From the human T2T-CHM13v2.0 reference genome, Homo sapiens, in the NCBI RefSeq assembly GCF_009914755.1, contig NC_060947.1: 64,000 nt of DNA. One strand, given 5' to 3'. The first letter of the stretch is position 1. The number at the start of each line of letters is the position of its first letter. Shown piece after piece: positions 14,561 to 26,910 of the stretch. Below the pieces are notes generated by a model. It was not told where the DNA came from. It was given only the letters and a program-made list of their open reading frames with translations, and searched no databases. A program made the translations under genes and the position numbers.

Positions 14561-16277
14561 TGTAAGTTATCTATGAAGTCAGCCATCAATTTTTGTAACC
14601 AAAACTGGAGGCAAGCTTTAGAAGATTGAATGTCATAGTTTTAGCACTGTATAAAACAAGGTACTGTTTTACGTGATAAAATACAGGATGAAAACTCATT
14701 TAAAATTTAGAAAAGATTAGTTTGAATCCAGGATAAGGTAAGTAAAAAATAATTATTTTGAAGGAAGACCTCACCTCATACTATTCTTGTGTTAAAATTA
14801 TGGATGGTAAACTTGCCTTCCTAGGAAATGTATTGAGGGGGGACTCCCACAAAAAGGACATGGCCCTCATTAACCCAAGGTCATATTTATGTTCTGATCA
14901 TAAATCAGATCAGATCAGGTAGCAAAAGAATGTACACAATCTGCATTTCATTTACAATCTTACTATTTTCAGACAATTGAGACAAAATGTATCAGTTAAA
15001 AATATATATCTCAATAAATACTTACTGATTGATATGTAAAACCCAGTAAAAAAGATGACACATCTTTCCTGACAATTGGCAAGGATTAATATAATGAGTT
15101 CTTTATGCCATAGTTTGGTATATATTTTAAACATTATAATTCTTTCAACTATAATCTTTATCAATGCTATTGAACCAAGAATAAAAGGAATGTGAACATC
15201 AAGTATGTGGGTGATATGGAATGGGAGTAGAAATTGGCCCGTGCCTTTATATAAACCTCCTTGTCTTGATGTTCCAGAGACTGGCCTCCTTAGAGGAGGC
15301 CTCCTTAGAATTTATTAAATTCTAATAAATATTATTATTTAGAAAAATAAATACCTTCTTTCTTAGAAACATGTCAAGGTAGGGTGCTCACGTGACCTAA
15401 TAACCTTGCAAATGAATGTCTATAATGATAGTTTTATTATTTTCTCTTTATTATTTTAACACAGAATGAATGCTATTTCAATATATCTTCATCCCTTACC
15501 CATAAACACAAATATCCCACTGATAATAAGATGTGAGAAGGAAGTCTTTTAAATTGATTTTTAAAACTTAATTTCTTCAAATAATATAGTCTTGGGGCTC
15601 ATCTTAGAGGTCCATGTGGATAGGTCAGAATCTGTCAACATTATGTCTTTTTCTCAGCATTTTTCCTAAGGGAAGCATGCTATTTTGTTTCCCTTGTAAT
15701 TATTTTTGCTTCTTTTTCCTGCTAGTGTACTTTAATTTTATTTGGAAATTTGAGGATGGAAAATTATGATTATTTAGATTTTCTAATAATATAAAACACT
15801 TTTTGTGATAAAGACTATGAATTCTCTTTGACACAAACATCTGCCTGTAGTTGAATGAAGTATTATTTAGGATAGAATGTAGTATTCAACAGGAAAAGCA
15901 ATTTGTCTAAAAAATGCTTCTTTCCTTGCTGCATTTACCCTCTTGCCAGCTTGATGTATCTGCACTGCCTATTTGTTCTTTGTTACTGTCAAGATAGCAA
16001 ATTTCTATCTGGAGCAGATGGTGTAACTGCCATTGTTCAAATGCTTCAAATTCATTCTGCTGCTGGGTATTTTTATCATTAAACCTCTAATTTAGCAATA
16101 TTAATAAATTGTATCTATGGACTATTCTGTCTGGGATGTCTGAACATTTGTTAAATATCTGAACATAAAAATATATATTCTTTTGATATCATGAAAATTG
16201 TATCAAAATTTATTTGATTATTTCTTAACAGAAATCAATGTAAAGATGTGTTTTATTAATATGTTCAAAGGCATCAT

Positions 16278-16476
16278 TCTCTCTCTCTATATATATATAC
16301 ACATATATGTGTGAATGTACACATATATATGTGTGTGTGTGTGCATGTATGTATTCTAAGCAGATAAAACTATTGTTTTAAACACCTAGTGATCTTACAT
16401 TTTGGAGAGGTAGTAAAAAAGTACGTTAAATATATATGCATGTGTGTATATATATATATATATAGAGAGAGAGAGA
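16278..16476. repeat. Compound (CT)/(TA)/(TG)/(GA) dinucleotide microsatellites in two clusters
   Basis: Directly visible at about 16278-16345 and 16440-16476. Confidence 0.85.
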
Positions 16477-17039
16477 TGGTAGGTAAATGCTATAAAATTT
16501 TAGCTATTAGTCATTAGTTCTATAAATTTATTAGTTGTGTATGAATCTATAATAGAAGGTACTTGTTTCCCTTACTACTTCCTCCATTACTTATCTCAAT
16601 AGAAATTTAAATAATCTTGATGTGTGTCTTCATACTCTTAAATAGAGAGTTTAAATTTAAATCTACTTTTAAATTACAAATGTGGGCCTTTTTATCTATA
16701 CGTTCTAACAGCATGCCCCCCTCACCCCATGTAGAAAGCCATCATACTTCATATTTTACCATCAGGAAGGAATTAGAAACAAGGCTAATTTTTTTACTCT
16801 CCACCATATTTTCAATGCTAAAATGATTAAAACTGGAGCAACAAACATTTTTCAGTTAACTTTATCCTTACAGCTTTAAAAAACAAGACAATAAGTGAAA
16901 ATTTGCAGAAATATTAATAACTTTTAAACAAATTATACTTACATATAAGAATTCAGTAAATAGAATTCTGCAACTTATCATGATTTTTCAGTGATTATTA
17001 CTTTAGAAATTATTTCATTCACTGTGGTCTGTAAATTGT

Positions 17040-17333
17040 GGCCAGCCATGGTGGCTTACACCTGTAATCCCAGCACTTCAGGAGGCCGAGGTGGGCAGAT
17101 CACTTGAGCTCAGGAGTTTGAGACCAGCCTGGGCAATATGGCAAAACCTTGTCTCTACCAAAACTACAAAAAATTAGAAGGGCACGGTGGCACATGCCTG
17201 TTGTCCCAACTACTAGGGAGGCTGAGGTGGGAGGATCCCTTGAGCCCGATGAGGTAGAGGTTGCGGTGAGCCGAGATCACATTACTGCATTCCAGCCTGA
17301 GTGACAGAGTGAGACCCCATCTTAAAAAAAAAA
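17040..17333 (+). mobile_element. AluJb-like, flanked by ~90-bp direct repeats
   Basis: Full dimer with GAGCTCAGGAGTTTGAG and GGAGGATCCCTTGAGCCC. See findings for the flanks. Confidence 0.93.
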
Positions 17334-17507
17334 TCAGTAACTAAATAGAATTCTGCAACTTATCATTATTTTTCAGTGATTACTGCTTTAGAAATAATTT
17401 CATTCAGTGTAATCTGTAAATTGAAACAATATCCCATAGTTGGACAACTGTACAATCAGCAATGATCAATTCTAATTTAACAAATGTTGAACAAATCAAC
17501 AACTATT

Positions 17508-17629
17508 AGGGTGACTATATATTCTACTTTTCCTAGGACAGTCACAGTTTATGCTTATTGCACATGTATTAAATATAATTTTTAACTCTCAAAAGTGTCC
17601 AATCTGGATGCTAAATTATATACTCATTC
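17508..17629 (-). mobile_element. MER94-like hAT-Blackjack relic
   Basis: AGGGTGAC terminus. GGACAGTCACAGTTTATGC and ACTCTCAAAAGTGTCC..TAAATTATAT match MER94. Confidence 0.7.
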
Positions 17630-18004
17630 TGATGCACCAAGGTAAACCTGCGTGTTACATGCTGATATATATAAAGAACTATAAACAAATGTCCCTTACC
17701 TGAAGAAGCATACAAAACTTATTAATGATGCAAGATATATACATAAAATTCTTGCCAAATGTGTTTTTTATTAAAAGCTTCAATTTTTGGTATAGCCAGT
17801 AAACACTAAAAATTCAGAGAAGAGATATAAGGATATGGATTAGAATGGTTAAGGCTAGTTTAATGGAGTTGCTGTACTAAAAGACATTGTGGGCATGAAG
17901 TCACATAGTTATGGGGATGAAGACGAATATGGTCTACAGCGGATCAATCAACAGTGGAAATGACTGAATATAAAGAAGAGTATGTTAATAAGAATAATAG
18001 GTAA

Positions 18005-18215
18005 GGACTCAGAAATTCTGGTCTCTTGTCCTGCTCTTCCACTGGCTAACTTTGTATCATTGAGAAAATTACTTCTTCATTTTGACTTTAGTTTCTTGAT
18101 TTGTAAAATGAGGGATTGAACTGGATTCATCCATTCATCAGTTTTTTTATGATGAGATTACTTTGTGCAAGACACTCCACTAAGGACTATGTAAATGATT
18201 TTTCAAGTTCCTTTC
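18005..18215 (+). mobile_element. MIR/MIR3 fragment
   Basis: TTAGTTTCTTGATTTGTAAAATGAGGGATTGAACTGGAT core. Confidence 0.65.
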
Positions 18216-21011
18216 CTGCTTTAATTTTTATGGTAATCACTTTTGTCACCAATACCTCCAATGATATTGTTGTAGCCAGTTTAGAATCACGTGCTTCTAT
18301 GTCAAAGAAGAATATTTCTTGCAGGTAAATGTTCCCAAACCAACAAATATTTGTTGCATTAAGTTGAATTGAAACTTTTTTCTTGCAAGTACCCTTTGTT
18401 TCCTAATTGGATTAGAACCATGTTTTCATTCCCTGTGATGGTAATGCAACCCTAGAGTGATAAGTGACTGCCAGGAAAAGCTGGCTTTGTGTATTTTCAG
18501 ACTGTGAATATAGCTGTTATGTTAACAGGTAACTGAGGCTGCAGCCAACTCAGCTGGGAAGCATGAATGCTGTGCAATGGTTTTTTTTTTTTTTTTTGTC
18601 CCTGCTTGCAAATGAAACCAGTTTCCCATTTGCCCTACCTCCCCGATCTAAAGAATCTTGCTCTTATTCCCAGTGCTAATCACCTAACAGGAAAGGTCAT
18701 GCTCCCTGGAGTGGAGTTATGGTACTGAACAGCAAGGAACTCTAGCAACTCAAAGAAGCTGAGTTGTCTTCTGTGAATCCAGCTGATTCAAGGCTACAGG
18801 CCCACTTCCCAGTGCAGGTTTTCCTATTTTGAAGGGAGTTGGAAAAGTAACCCTAAAACATCAGTATGGATTATACATCACTTTTGATAATACACACTGA
18901 TGCTCCCTTCCACTAACTGGATAAGTTGAGGATAGATCTAGCCTAAAAGGAATCTGATGAGCAAGAGAAAATTATTTTTACTTCTCAAATATTCATTCTG
19001 TACTTGAAAATTGTGGCATGATAAATGTAGCTGTATATTTATCCATAATTAACTCTGGAGCCTTCTTAATATATAGTATATGCAAAATACAAGATCAAAT
19101 GCAGATCATGTTTAAGTTGATAGCTCATTCTTTTATCTTTGTCACTTGTCAGAAGTCAGAGACAGATATTGTGTGTGCCTCTACAGGATATAGTTAAAGC
19201 CAGGTGGAGTCTACCTCTGACTAATGTATGATTTTCACATTGATATTGATGGTCATGAAGCTAGCAGTAGGGAATTAAATGGAGAGAACTCAAGACTTTA
19301 TCAAGACAAGTTGAATGAAAACTAAAAGTAGGAAAAAATAGGAGTTATAATAAATGTTTGATCATAAATGAGTGCTACAAGGAAAGCAAATAATCGTGAG
19401 GGTATTTATTTTCTCCAGATTGCACTTTTACACACAGAACACGTTGTAAACGTTGTTACCAGGGGTTTCCTCTCACTTTTGGTGTGGTTAGGGATTGGCA
19501 GGGAAACTGAAGTCCTTTCAGGAAAATATTCATAGTCAGTACCGTTTACTAATTTTTTAAAAAAATAAGTGAATTTTAAGTGTTAAGAAATTTCTACTAG
19601 CTTTCCACATAGATCTGTTGACATTTTTTAAGTGTATTTTTTTTTCAGAAATACATAATCTTGTAGGTTTAAGCCTGTAAATATACAGAGGCACTTTTAA
19701 AAGTGTTAAATCAGAGATATGAACAACTGAAAACTAACCAATAGGAGCTGGAAATAGAGTTGTAAGCAAATGGTTGGGAATCTGTCTTTTCAAATATACT
19801 GCATGAGAAATATAAATCAGTCTTTGTTTTATTCTGCCAGTCATATTAGAATATTCTACACCCTCAATCTATAAAGCACTCAAAACTTTGAAAACTTCTG
19901 ACTAAACAAGGAGAAGTAGGAAGAGGAAAAGAAAAAAGCATATGGAATTGCTTGACAATGTGCTGAAATATTAAGCTGCAGACATCTCTGACTAAGTGTA
20001 TGTGTAAAATAAAGACCAAATTTGAAAGTAGATTATTTATTTTGAAAATGAGCTCAATTATTTCAGGGTCTAGAAGCAAACACAACGTAAACCTCTACTC
20101 ATCGTGTATGTGTGTCGGTATGTGTTAGTGTTTAATTACCACTGTGGCAAAATAAGAGCATGATCCAAATTCTGTGCCTCATCCCAGAACTTTCAGAGAT
20201 TATTGACACCTTACAGAGTCATTGTAAAGGATCAGGTGCAGGAAGGAAAATTAAAATGCAAACTCACACTGACGTGCAGAGTGAGTAACCAGTCTTAGAA
20301 AACCTGAAAAGCCATGACATTGAGCAAGGCAAACTGGGTTTTAAACAGGCAATGGGAAGGCTTCGTTTTTTGCAATTGAAAAAAAAGCAAAATTCGCTAA
20401 GGGAGAGTGAGTGTAAACCTAAAAGAAAGGAAGCTTAATTGAGACCTACAAGATGGTGGGTATGTCTTTTTTCCCTGAGGAGCTATGAAACTTTTCAGGG
20501 ACAGAAATAATAAGAAAATAGATCTGCATCCATTGTGGTTCAGGGTAACTGACTGGGCTCTTTGCCTAACTACTAGGCAACTTTGCTTAATGTAGAAAGA
20601 AATGACTCAGGTTAAACAGAATGCTTCGCTGATTTTTCCAAACAAACCTACTTAAAGAATTTCAGAAACAGGGAGTTTCCTCTCAGATGAGCTAGTGAAA
20701 ACCTACTCATGCCCCAAACAATGTAGTAAACACAAATTGAGAGCGAGCAACAAAATAGCCCGAGAGTTCAATATAATGTGGAAATTCATAATTTAGAAAC
20801 AAAGTCTGTCATTTTTAATACCTTCAAACAGGAATTTAACAATGTCTGTCACTGTCCATCTTTGAAATGCAGAGGTATGAGATGTTATATAACCAAGATC
20901 TTTAGGTTAGCAAGCATATAGATCAAATATGTTGTAAATGGAATCCTTGTACAATTTTAAACCTTCTTAAAGTGATAATTTGTAATATGTTTTTGACCAT
21001 TATGTAATACG

Positions 21012-21511
21012 TTTATTTATTTATTTATTTATTATTTTTTTCTTTTATTATTATACTTTAAGTTTTAGGGTACATGTGCACATTGTGCAGGTTAGTTACA
21101 TATGTATACATGTGACATGCTGGTGCACTGCACCCACTAGCTCGTCATCTAGCATTAGGTATATCTCCCAATGCTATCCCTCCCCCCTCCCCCCACCCCA
21201 CCACAGTCCCCAGAGTGTGATATTCCCCTTCCTGTGTCCATGTGTTCTCATTGTTCAATTCCCACCTATGAGTGAGAACATGCAGTGTTTGGTTTTTTGT
21301 TCTTGTGATAGTTTACTGAGAATGATGATTTCCAATTTCATCCATGTCCCTACAAAGGACATGAACTCATCATTTTTTATGGCTGCATAGTATTCCATGG
21401 TGTATATGTGCCACATTTTCTTAATCCAGTCTATCATTGTTGGACATTTGGATTGGTTCCAAGTCTGTTATTGTGAATAATGCCGCAATAAACATACATG
21501 TGCATGTGTCT
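21012..21511 (-). mobile_element. Young L1PA (L1PA2-like), 5'-truncated, ~0.5 kb
   Basis: Near-consensus L1 3'UTR and ORF2 end (MIDWIKKMWHIYTMEYYAAIKNDEFMSF in the ORF track). CTCGTCATCTAGC is the GAG-type (non-Ta) diagnostic. TSD TGTAATAC(G/T)TTT at 21003 and 21512. Confidence 0.93.
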
Positions 21512-21946
21512 TGTAATACTTTTGTAGGTTTCAGTAATATTCTACAAGAAGAATGGATAACCTTAATGATCTCGAATATTTCTGGTTTTACTTTTGCTTG
21601 AGCAGTTTCATAAATGAATATTTTACTTGGCACATTATTTTTATTATTAAAAGAAAAAGGGCTTCTCCTATTACAAAAAGTAGTTCTATAAATATTTTGA
21701 TCAAATTTTTAAACTATGTGACAAAACAATGTGAAATAAATATTTCAAATGCCATTTATTGATGAGTAAATTGTAAATATTGCTAAATTCCATTTACAAA
21801 TTCTTGGAGGAACTTGGTTTTTAAAGGAAAACATCATGATCAATGTATGGATGTGCTCATTAGGAGACTCTTGGCCTTTTTCAGAAGGTTATACTCTGCC
21901 ATAGTATAAAGAATCCTGGTGTGTTCGGGTGATATTTTCAATCTAA

Positions 21947-22031
21947 AATCTAGGAGGCAGGTGCTCACTTGTCCTCCTCCATGCTTGGAAAATGCAGGGA
22001 GGAGGCCATAGTGGCAACTGTTACCATGATT
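21947..22031 (+). ncRNA. MIR764: pre-miRNA mir-764
   Basis: Contains GCAGGTGCTCACTTGTCCTCCT (21957-21978, miR-764) and AGGAGGCCATAGTGGCAACTGT (22000-22021, 3p arm). CCTCCTCC/GGAGGAGG stem visible. Confidence 0.95.
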
Positions 22032-23372
22032 AATTTCGTTGGGATAGAAGATGGACCCGCTGGTTGTAATCAATGCATTGAGGACTCTCAGATCAGTGGG
22101 ACTGTGAAATTTTAAACTCCTCAAGGTAGAACACAGTGGTAATGTTTTGAAATTTAAAGATTTTGAAATGCAAGCTACTTTTCTCAGGCCATTTCTTCTA
22201 AACAACACAACATAATGTTTAAGCCATGTGTTGTTCACAGATTATAATGTTGCAGTGATAAAATATATACTCCATTGGCAAAAATAAACAGCGGTAAAGG
22301 GACTGAGATTCTTGATTTTTAACTTTGTATTTAACCTTGTGTAATGCTGCCTGGAAAATTTTTGTAAAAGTATGAATAGATGTAAGAAGATTAATATATT
22401 ATTACTGTATTTTACAATCTTTCTGTCCTTGAGTTTGAAGTATATTACAGGTTAAGGTTAAGCCAGGAAGTAAGATTGCTTTATAGAACTTTATAACTTT
22501 CAAAATTGACATTTGAAGAAATTGTGCTATACTATAATAGTGAAATAATAGTAATTACAAAGTAAATATAATCATCATTGAAATATAAATTTTCATACAT
22601 TTTTTGTTCGACACATATTTATATAATACTTAATATATGAAAGGTATTTTCCATTCATAATCTATTTATCTTTAATGATAATCATTTTAGCAGTCTAATA
22701 CTGGAAGTAGTATTTTCTTCAATTGACTGATGATAACGAATCCTCGAACCATAAAAAGTAGAATTGGATATTGTCAGTCTCTACATCTCTACTTAAATGT
22801 ATTTTACATTCACTTTAAATGAAAACAATGAAACACATATATCTTTAAGAGTGATTAATGATTAGAAATAAGGGAGGCTTCTTATATGACACGGAATGCT
22901 AGTTAGAATAAAGTACACGGCTGGGCCATTGGGAAGTTGAACATTAAAGACTTTGCCAATCACATCTTATCATTTGCCACACTGCAGGTAGAGATTTATC
23001 CACATTTTGATCTTATAAGACTCAAATCTCATAGTACACAAAAGGTGTGTGTTACAGAGTGTTTTCAAGCTATGACATACCACAATGAAGCTTGACAGTA
23101 AATGTTTAATGGTTGGCTCTTTTGGTAACAAATTGGGCATATTTTTAAAATTATTGACATTCATTTTTGCAATGGCACAAACATCTTTTGAAGACTTACT
23201 AAATACAGGGCACTATGCTAAGTGTAATGAAGACAAAAGCAGATTCTGTGCATTCAAGTAGCTTACAGTCTGGGGAATAGAGATTTCTTGACCTTATTTC
23301 AAAAGTAGGACCTTTCTATCTTATGGATTTGTGATACAACATCTATTTTATTGCGCTGTTTCTCCTTGTTTC

Positions 23373-23600
23373 GTTCTCTTTCTTTCTTTCTTTCTTTTCC
23401 TTCCTTCCTTCCTGTCCTTCCTTCCTTCATTCTTTCCCTCCCCCTCCCTCCTTCTTTCTTTCTTTCCCTCCCTCCCTTTTTCTTTCTTTTTTCTTTCTTT
23501 CCTTCTTTCTTTCTCTCTTTCCTTCTCCTTTCTTTCTTTCTTCCTTTCTTTCTTTCTTTCTTTCTTTTTTTCTTTTCTTTTCTTTTCTTTTCTTTCTTTC
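23373..23600. repeat. ~230-bp near-pure pyrimidine tract of (TTTC)n/(TTCC)n/(TTTTC)n
   Basis: Directly visible; gives rise to the spurious K/E/R- and F/L/S-rich ORFs. Confidence 0.95.
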
Positions 23601-23626
23601 ATCTGTGTATTTCATCAGTGTCTACA

Positions 23627-23699
23627 CCAGGCTGAAGTGTAGTAGCACAATCGCAGCTCACTATAACCTCGAACTCCCTGTCTCAAGCCATCCTCCTGC
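23627..23699 (-). mobile_element. Truncated Alu monomer (FLAM/AluJ-like)
   Basis: CCAGGCTGAAGTGTAGTAGCACAATCGCAGCTCACTATAACCTCGAACTCC..CTCAAGCCATCCTCCTGC. TSD TTCTCCTTGTTTC at 23360-23372 and 23700-23712 encloses it together with the pyrimidine tract. Confidence 0.85.
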
Positions 23700-24252
23700 T
23701 TCTCCTTGTTTCTTAAACTTGAATAAAATGTTTATTCGTAGTAGATTTTCTGCTTTAGCAGATGCCACTGGATTCTGTTGACATATAAAATTCACGAATA
23801 GATGCATATATTTTCTCTTAAAACTGTTTTCTGCTTTTGCATAGTCCTTATATTTTAGAACATGAAATCATTTACCCCTGTACTCTGTTAGAAGCTCTTC
23901 TGATATGGTGACATTGATTAGTATATTCTCATTTAAAAGTGGAGAAACAGTTCTGTGAAATACTGAACATGGATTTCTGACTAGCTCTCATAGTGAGGGT
24001 TTTCTTTTATGATTTGATTAGTTTTCAAAGTAAAAAAAAAATCTATGTCTTTCCAGACTTGGCTAGGTTCAAGTGGTCATCCATATAAGATCAACAAGGG
24101 ATAAGTTGATTTTCTTTCAACACTTGCTTTCAACATTTTACTTTTTTCCTCATTAAAATTCAAATTGCTCTCAAGAGCAGAGAAGTATGACTACATTTCC
24201 CAACAGATAATAATGAAAAATATCATCGAGAAAAGATGTTATGCCATTTTAT

Positions 24253-24803
24253 TTTATTTTAAGTTCCAGGGTACACGTGCAGGATGTGCAGGTTTGTTAC
24301 ATAGGTACACGTGTGCCATGGTGTTTTGCTGCACCTATCACCCCATCACCTAGGTATTAAGCCCAGCACGCATTAGCATTTCATCTTGATGCTCTCCCTC
24401 CCCTTACCCCCACTCCCCGGCAAAAAGCCCCAGTGTGTGTTGTTCCCCTCCCTGTGTCCACGTTTTCTCACTGTTCAGCTCCCACTTACAAGCGAGAACA
24501 TGTGGTGTTTCATTTTCTGTTCCCGTGTTACTTTGCTGAAGATAATGGCTTCCAGCTCCATCCATGCCTCTGCAAAGAACATGATCTTGTTCCTTTTTAT
24601 GGCTGCACAGTATTCCATGGTGTATATGTACCACATTTTCTTTATCCAGTCTATCATTGATGGGCATTTGGGTTGATTCCATGTCTTTGCTATTGTGAAT
24701 AATGCTACAGTGAACATACGTAAGCATGTATCTTGATAACAGAATGATTTATATTTCTTTGGGTATATACCCAATAATGGGATTGCTAGATCAAATGGTA
24801 TTT
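24253..24803 (-). mobile_element. Older L1PA 3' fragment (L1PA10-13-like)
   Basis: ORF2 C-terminal peptide in the ORF track (TWNQPKCPSMIDWIKKMWYIYTMEY). 16-bp TSD TGTTATGCCATTTTAT at 24237-24252 and 24804-24819. Confidence 0.93.
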
Positions 24804-25717
24804 TGTTATGCCATTTTATCAGGATGTGGTCTTCATTCAGGCAGTAATAAAATAAAGTACATTAATTTTTATACATTTTTGGAAATATCAAGGCTACATC
24901 TTCATAGCTTAATTCCTATTACTGTGCCTTATATGAAAAAATATGCAATCTAAGAGGAGGGAATTGCCATAAATTAAAACTTTGAGTGTTTAATTAATAC
25001 TATGTGATACCATCATATAGAAAGTTTAAAAAACTTAAGCAAATATTTTATTTTGAAGCTTAGGAATATACAAGTTAGTATCTTATATGTAACACGGGTA
25101 GATGCCAGTCAGATTAATAAGTGAGACATTTATTTATGTTTTTATTCATTTTTTGATGTATTTACTTAGGCTTTAGGTGTTGTTGCTTGGCTTTTGTTTT
25201 GTTTGTAGGGCTGCTGTACCTGAATGATAACATTTTTCTAGCTTCTGAGTTTGTTTAGAAAAATGTGTGATCTTGTAATTTAGGGCAGTGGATTGTAATT
25301 TTTTATAGAAATTAGTTTTTAACAAATTAGTTTTTTTATAGAAAGATTTCTTGGACTGATTATGAATTTTCAGTTTACAACTGACACACATAATTGTTTT
25401 CTTGTTAACAATAAGCTTTAGCCCCCAATGATTTTATAATTATCTTCCAACATTTTGCATATTGGTGTTATTGATGAGTAAATCAAGAAAAAAATTCAAC
25501 AATGAATTTTGCACAATAGAATCAATTTTCTACAAAAATAACTTGAAAATAGGAGACATGATTTTTAAAAAGGAGAAACAATGGTATTATTAGTGAATTA
25601 AATGTGAACTTTGTGATATCAGATTATTTTTGCTGTTTTGGGGGTTCACACTTTCATTCTATGTAAGTGAAGTTCCTAGATAAATGAGTCTTTGCAGATT
25701 ACAGAGCATTCAAAATA

Positions 25718-25783
25718 TATTAGGTTGGTGCAAAAGTAATTGCTGTCTTTGCCATTACTTTTTTTTTTTGCACCAACATAATA
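25718..25783. mobile_element. MADE1 (Hsmar1 MITE), internally deleted
   Basis: TATTAGGTTGGTGCAAAAGTAATTGC...TTTTGCACCAACATAATA terminal inverted repeats with TA flanks. Confidence 0.9.
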
Positions 25784-26517
25784 TATGTCTTATTGTTTGC
25801 AAGAGCCATGAAATCTAGGTTATTGATTTGTGTCTTAGGGGAAATGGGAGTAGCAATATTGATTACTTTGTAATCTTTATTTTGTCTTCTTTAATATATA
25901 TGTTAGTGTTTTTAATGCAAACTTCTTATTGCCATAAAGCTTTATCAGCCTTCACATACTATTTATGACTATGTTGGCTTTTTTTCAAGTGAAAATATGA
26001 ACCACAGTTAAATTGGATGATTTAACCTGGGCAGTATGGGGATAGTAACAGGGTGGGAAAGAGTCTTTGAGCTTTGACTTTGTGTCCTGTCTGGAAAATC
26101 CAAATTAATCCGTTTTAACAGGATTAAGCTCTCAGTGTGAAAGTACTTTGCTAGGAAATTATCAAAGCACAAGTTAATTAGAACACAGAGCTCCTTGCAT
26201 GGGCTGACAGTTATTAATTACATGTTCTTGGGCTGGCTTAATTTCAGGCAATTTACTGCTGAAAGTAGTAGAAACAAAAAGTTTCTCTTAGTTTTTAGTC
26301 TTGTAGAGAAAAAACAATCCCTCAAACTACCAACTGCGAAATAACTGCTGTATAAGGTATAAAGAAGACATATTTTAGATTTAAGTTCTTCAGCCAGTGT
26401 TTTTGGTCATTTTATTCCCTTCACTATAAATGTGAATTCTAAGTGCAGTTAGTGGAACAATTTGGGAACTTGTGTGTTTGCCTAAGTAAATAGAGTGTTC
26501 AAAGATTGATGTAGCTA

Positions 26518-26910
<393 letters not shown>

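Noticed and set aside
14645-14743. Perfect donor AAG|GTAAGT with a possible 93-nt upstream exon (a similar donor lies at 8410)
   Set aside because: The acceptor is weak, and isolated consensus donors are expected by chance in 64 kb.
21840-22238. 132-aa minus-strand ORF, among the longest non-repeat ORFs
   Set aside because: Non-ATG start, no recognisable domain, and it is antisense across the mir-764 hairpin; length is compatible with chance.
23331-23642. Overlapping K/E/R-rich and F/L/S-rich ORFs
   Set aside because: Translations of the TTTC/TTCC microsatellite.
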